The notes below the pieces were generated by a model. The model searched no databases, was not told where the DNA came from, and was given only the letters and a program-made list of their open reading frames with translations. Shown here piece by piece: positions 59,629-64,000 of a stretch of DNA of 64,000 nucleotides. The stretch covers positions 960,001-1,024,000 of the forward strand of contig CBDCOH010000002.1 of assembly GCA_965219685.1 (NCBI GenBank). Reading direction: 5' to 3'. Every line of letters begins with the position of its first letter. Within the stretch, counting starts at the first letter, position 1. A program made the translations under genes and the position numbers. This stretch comes from Candidatus Spongiisociaceae bacterium. GTDB lineage: Bacteria > Actinomycetota > Acidimicrobiia > Spongiisociales > Spongiisociaceae.

Positions 59629-60626
59629 TCACCTATCGGGACTCCGGAGTCGACATCGACGCCGGTAACCGGGCTGTCGCCTTGCTGGCTTCGTTGGTGG
59701 CCTCCACCGCAACCGACGAAGTGCTGGTGGGAGGCGGAGGATTCGGTGGTCTCTACGCCGCCGACCGGCTAGGACCAGGGAAGGTGCTGGTGGCGTCGAC
59801 CGACGGTGTCGGCACCAAGGCGGAGTTGGCGGGTCGCTTCGGACGCTGGCACGGGGTCGGGATGGACGTGGTCAACCATTGCGTCAACGACATCCTGGTG
59901 GTGGGCGCCGAGCCGTTGTTCTTCCTCGACTACGTCGCGACCTCCCATCTGGTCCCGGAGGTCGTGGCGGCGATCGTCGAGGGTATTGCCGAAGCATGCC
60001 TCGAGGCGGGCTGTGCCCTGCTCGGAGGCGAAACCGCGGAGATGCCGGGCGTCTACATGCCCGGTGCGGTCGACGTCGCAGGAACCATCGTCGGCGTGGC
60101 CGACCGCGACCGGCTCTGGCCCCGGCTCGACGCGGTGCGGGAGGGAGACCTGGTAGTCGGCCTACCGAGCAGCGGGCCGCATACCAACGGCTACTCGTTG
60201 ATCCGGCGGATGGTCGAGGGACGGGACTTGTCGCAGCGAATGATCGATCGGTTGGTGGCCCCCCATCGCAGCTACCTACCGCTGGTCCGCTCGCTGCAGG
60301 CCGAGGGAGTGGAGCCCAAGGCCCTTGCCCATGTGACCGGCGGAGGGTTGGTCGAGAACATCCCCCGGGTGCTACCTGCGGGTCTCGGCGCCAGGGTCGA
60401 GTTGGGAACGTGGCGAGTACCGGAGCCCTTCGTCAGCCTCGTGGACTGGAGCGGGATCGACGACGCCGAGGCCTTCCGGACCTGGAACATGGGAATCGGA
60501 ATGGCGATGGTCATCGACCACGCGCTCGGGTCGCGGGCGGTCGAGTTGGGCTGCCCACGGATCGGATCGGTTGTACCGGTCGAGGGCAGGGATGGCAGGG
60601 TCGTGCTGGACGGGTCGTGGCGGTGA
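59625..60626 (+). CDS. purM: AIR synthetase
   Basis: YRDSGVDI, STDGVGTK, CVND, GGETAEMP, SSGPHTNGYS, HVTGGG, NMGIG. Confidence 0.97.
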   Translation: MITYRDSGVDIDAGNRAVALLASLVASTATDEVLVGGGGFGGLYAADRLGPGKVLVASTDGVGTKAELAGRFGRWHGVGMDVVNHCVNDILVVGAEPLFFLDYVATSHLVPEVVAAIVEGIAEACLEAGCALLGGETAEMPGVYMPGAVDVAGTIVGVADRDRLWPRLDAVREGDLVVGLPSSGPHTNGYSLIRRMVEGRDLSQRMIDRLVAPHRSYLPLVRSLQAEGVEPKALAHVTGGGLVENIPRVLPAGLGARVELGTWRVPEPFVSLVDWSGIDDAEAFRTWNMGIGMAMVIDHALGSRAVELGCPRIGSVVPVEGRDGRVVLDGSWR

Positions 60627-61237
60627 CAGCACGTCTGGCGGTCCTGGCGTCAGGATCGGGAACCAACCTCCAAGCGCTGATAGACGCGGTGGCGTCGGGT
60701 CACCTCGATGCCGAGGTGACCCGGGTGATCGTCAACCGCCGGGGTGCGCAGGCTCGCCAACGGGCCCGCCGCGCAGGAATCCCCGAAGAGTGCCGCCTGC
60801 TGGGTCCCTACCTCGACGGCGCGCGCGATCGGCGCGAAGCCCGTGCGCGCTACGACTCGGATCTGGCCGGCGCGTTCGCTGCCGGCCAACCCGATCTGGT
60901 GGTGCTCGCCGGATGGATGCACATCCTGTCGATGGCATTTCTCGAGCGATTCCCCAACCGGGTCGTCAACCTCCACCCTGCGCCTCCGGGGATGTTCCCC
61001 GGAGCCACCGCCATCGACGAGACCTGGGCGGCCTACCGGGCCGGGGAGCTCAGCTCCGCCGGTGTCATGGTTCACCACGTCGTGGACGAGGGTGTGGACG
61101 ACGGCCCCGTCATTGCCTGGGAGGAGGTCCCGATTCACCGCGACGACTCGATCGACACCCTGACGGAGCGGATCCATCGGGTCGAGCACCGGCTCCTGGT
61201 GCACGCGGTTGCCGTGGTGTTGGAGAGTCGACGCTGA
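60623..61237 (+). CDS. purN: GAR formyltransferase
   Basis: LASGSGTNLQA, LAGWMHIL, NLHP, VHHV..GVDDGP. Confidence 0.95.
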   Translation: MTARLAVLASGSGTNLQALIDAVASGHLDAEVTRVIVNRRGAQARQRARRAGIPEECRLLGPYLDGARDRREARARYDSDLAGAFAAGQPDLVVLAGWMHILSMAFLERFPNRVVNLHPAPPGMFPGATAIDETWAAYRAGELSSAGVMVHHVVDEGVDDGPVIAWEEVPIHRDDSIDTLTERIHRVEHRLLVHAVAVVLESRR

Positions 61238-61355
61238 AGCTCACCCACGGGACGGAAGGACCCGGAGCCGGGGCGTGGCAAGCTATGCCGGAACCGGTGC
61301 GACACGGTCTGAGGCACCGGGCGTTCGCGAGACCGTGGATCGGGGGTCGGGGAGC

Positions 61356-62303
61356 ATGAGGGTGATCTACCACCACACTGCTGGTCCGTGGCTGGAGGCT
61401 CGGCTGCGGTCCCTGTCTGACGAGTCGGGTCTGGATGTCGTCGTGGTGGCGCCCAAGGACTACTCGAGTCTCACGACCGAACTGGGTGAAGCGGAGGTTG
61501 TCTGGCACGTGCTGGAGCCGATGACGGCTGCCTTCCTCGATGCCGCGCCGTGCCTCCGGCTCATCCAGAAGATCGGTGTCGGGGTGAACACGATCGATGT
61601 GGCCGCTGCCACCGCCCGGGGCATCGCGGTCTGCAACATGCCGGGAACGAACAGCCGAGCGGTTGCGGAGATGGCCCTGGCCTTGATGCTCGGCTGCCTC
61701 CGGCAGTTGGCATGGTTTCATGAGCGGACACGGACCGGGCGTGGTTGGGACATTCCTGCAGATGTGCCGGAGACGTGCCTGGAGTTAGCGGGCCGGACGG
61801 TGGGTCTGGTCGGCTACGGGAGTATCCCGCGGATCCTGGCGCCGATTCTCGCCGCGCTCGGCGCTCGCGTCGTCTACACGGCGACTTCACCCAAGGAGGA
61901 CGCTGTCGCCGAATGGCGGGCACTCCCCCAGCTCCTGAGCGAGTCGGACATCGTCTCCCTGCACCTTCCGCTTACCAACGAAACGGGGGGAATGCTGGAC
62001 CGGCGAGCACTCATGACCATGAATCCAGGCGCCATCCTGATCAACACCGGGCGAGGCGAAGTCGTGGATCAAACGGCGCTGGTTGATGTCCTCAGATCGG
62101 GACATCTAGCTGCGGCCGGCCTGGATGTCTTCGCCTCTGAACCCGTGGCTCCCGATGATCCGATCCTCGCCCTCGACAACGTCGTTCTGGCGCCCCACGT
62201 CGCCTGGCAGACGAGGGAGACGCTGGAACGGAGCCTCGTAGTGGCGATGGAAAACTGCGACCGTCTCCGGGCCGGTCAACCGTTACTGCACCAGGTCAAC
62301 TGA
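61356..62303 (+). CDS. D-isomer-specific 2-hydroxyacid dehydrogenase
   Basis: NMPGTN..AVAE, GLVGYGSI, LHLPL, INTGRG, LDVF..EP, PHVA. Confidence 0.92.
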   Translation: MRVIYHHTAGPWLEARLRSLSDESGLDVVVVAPKDYSSLTTELGEAEVVWHVLEPMTAAFLDAAPCLRLIQKIGVGVNTIDVAAATARGIAVCNMPGTNSRAVAEMALALMLGCLRQLAWFHERTRTGRGWDIPADVPETCLELAGRTVGLVGYGSIPRILAPILAALGARVVYTATSPKEDAVAEWRALPQLLSESDIVSLHLPLTNETGGMLDRRALMTMNPGAILINTGRGEVVDQTALVDVLRSGHLAAAGLDVFASEPVAPDDPILALDNVVLAPHVAWQTRETLERSLVVAMENCDRLRAGQPLLHQVN

Positions 62304-62358
62304 GCTGGTTGCTAGTTGGTGATCGATGGTTAGCGCTGAATCGGGTAGTGTTCCGATC
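62301..62358 (+). repeat. Family B post-stop repeat after the dehydrogenase gene
   Basis: TGAgctggtt-gctagttggtgatcgatggttagcgct-...ttccgatc; matches 14872-14942 on the opposite strand. Confidence 0.75.
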
Positions 62359-62388
62359 TCGGGGCGCCTATCGCGGGAGGTACCGCCG

Positions 62389-64000
62389 ATGGTCTTATCA
62401 CCCGGATATGGCACCGCGCTGGCCAGGAACATGGGCATGCCGGCTCGCGATGGGGTGCATCTGGCGACCGACGTGTGGCGGCCGGCGCTCGACGGTGACC
62501 CCTTGCCGGGTCCGTTCCCTGCGGTGATGACCCGCACCCCCTACGGCCGCACCGACCCGCGCTACGGTCCCGAAGCGGACTTCTGGACCACGCGGGGGTT
62601 CCTGTTCGTCGTGCAGGACTGCAGGGGTCGGTTTGGGTCGGAGGGAGAGTTCACGCTGTTCGCGAACGAAGGGCCCGACGGTTACGACGCCGTGGAGTGG
62701 GTCGCCGGATTGCCGTTCTGCGACGGCAACGTCGGAACGTACGGCACTTCGTACCCCGGCTGGGTACAGAGCGCGTTGGCTATCGAGCGGCCTCCCCACC
62801 TCCGGGCGATGTGGATCAACCAGGGCGGGTCGAACGGAAATCGCACCGCGTTGCGCCACAACGGCGCGATGGAGCTCCGATGGTTGGCGTGGGCCGTCGC
62901 TCACGGCGCCACGACGATGGCGCAGACCGACCCGGAACTCGCCCAGGAGTTGTGGCAGCACGGCATCTCCATGTACGAGTGGCTACGTCGGCTGCCGTGG
63001 CGGGAGGCGTCGCCACTGGCGGGACTTCCCGGGTATGACCGCTGGTCGCATGAACTGTACGAGCGAGGGGACGAGGTGAGGGAGGATGGGTTCTGGCAGC
63101 AGTCCGGCCTGAACTTCGAGGCGCACTTCGACCGAACCGCCGATGTTCCGACCGTATACAGCGGCGGCTGGTACGACTCCTATGCCAGGGCGACGACGGA
63201 CAACTATGTGAGCCTCGCCGCCAGGCTCCACCATCAGCGGCTGCTCATGGGACCCTGGACGCACGGATCGTTGACGCCCGAGCAGTCCGCCGCCGGCGAA
63301 GTGGAGTTCGGGCCGGGTGCCGCCATGAACTCGAACAACGAGGTCTTCCCGGCGGGAAGTCTCCTGGGCGAGTTGCTCCGATGGTTCGACTGCTGGCTGC
63401 GCGGCGAGGACGACGGGGTCATGGATGGCCCGGAGGTGCGCATCTTCGTCATGGGTGGTGGCAGCGGGCGTCGGACCGAGGCAGGTTTCATAGACCACGG
63501 GGGACGCTGGCGTGACGAGCCGACCTGGCCACTCGAACGGGCGGTTGTCACCCCGTTCTATCTCCAGCCCGATGGCGCGCTCGGGCTGACTCCGCCGCCC
63601 TCGGGCGGCGGGAGTTCGTCGTTCCTCTACGACCCGAGACGGCCGCTGCCGACCGTATCGGCGAACACCTCCTCACTCACCGACTTCGTTCCGGTTCCGG
63701 ATCGTGTCGATCCCCTCAAAGCGATCTCGTTGATGCGACCTATGGTGATCCACGGTGGGGCTGACCAGCGCGTCCGCTCCGACACGCTGCGCACCGACGA
63801 CTTCACCGGACCCCTCGAACTTCGCGAAGACGTGATCGTGTTCGAGACCGGACCCCTCGATGCCGACATCGAAGTCACCGGTCCGGTTGGAGCCACGATC
63901 TACCTCTCGTCGGACGTGCCGGATACCGACCTGTTCGTGATGGTGCAGGACGTCTACCCGCCAAGCACCGACTGGCCCGACGGATTCCGGCTCAACGTGA
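62389..64000 (+). CDS. Second CocE/NonD family hydrolase (runs off the window edge; absent from the ORF track)
   Basis: Hand translation MVLSPGYG...ARDGVHLATDVWRP...RTPYG...QDCRGRFGSEG...GTSYPG...GGWYD...GPWTH; GGGAGG RBS. Confidence 0.9.
   Translation, partial: MVLSPGYGTALARNMGMPARDGVHLATDVWRPALDGDPLPGPFPAVMTRTPYGRTDPRYGPEADFWTTRGFLFVVQDCRGRFGSEGEFTLFANEGPDGYDAVEWVAGLPFCDGNVGTYGTSYPGWVQSALAIERPPHLRAMWINQGGSNGNRTALRHNGAMELRWLAWAVAHGATTMAQTDPELAQELWQHGISMYEWLRRLPWREASPLAGLPGYDRWSHELYERGDEVREDGFWQQSGLNFEAHFDRTADVPTVYSGGWYDSYARATTDNYVSLAARLHHQRLLMGPWTHGSLTPEQSAAGEVEFGPGAAMNSNNEVFPAGSLLGELLRWFDCWLRGEDDGVMDGPEVRIFVMGGGSGRRTEAGFIDHGGRWRDEPTWPLERAVVTPFYLQPDGALGLTPPPSGGGSSSFLYDPRRPLPTVSANTSSLTDFVPVPDRVDPLKAISLMRPMVIHGGADQRVRSDTLRTDDFTGPLELREDVIVFETGPLDADIEVTGPVGATIYLSSDVPDTDLFVMVQDVYPPSTDWPDGFRLNV

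Overview
GC-rich actinobacterial chromosome segment. The gene content and leaderless promoters suggest Acidimicrobiia, which is an inference. 1-15.4 kb: a minus-strand housekeeping locus with a complete Pup-proteasome system (trmI-arc-dop-pup-prcB-prcA-pafA-pafB-pafC), followed by tatB-tatC-helY, a DAG-kinase-family gene, DUF4193 and a GNAT fragment. An unannotated 33-aa membrane miniprotein heads this locus. 15.7-24.8 kb: a YeiH-type transporter, five tandem EamA/DMT paralogs of exactly 924 nt each, a MerR regulator, an intact HEPN-MNT toxin-antitoxin pair and a collapsed higBA relic. 24.9-49.9 kb: a regulator-less catabolic region (two MmgE/PrpD, hydantoinase B/A, phosphotriesterase-like, CocE, SnoaL, LLM, an Opp/Dpp-type ABC importer whose degenerate ATPase motifs all map to one composite site, cupin, amidase, atypical alpha/beta hydrolase, FAD oxidoreductase, MtaA-type methyltransferase plus corrinoid protein). 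50.4-61.2 kb: purL(S-fused)QCEKFDMN, then a 2-hydroxyacid dehydrogenase and a second CocE cut by the window edge. The most novel-looking signals are non-coding. One is a ~200-bp element in three copies, each with its own promoter (resembling the PafBC/RecA-ND DNA-damage motif), a conserved hairpin and a terminator-like end. The others are two families of TAG-rich heptamer-periodic intergenic repeats. No rRNA, tRNA, CRISPR array, integrase or transposase was recognised. All alignments were done by eye.
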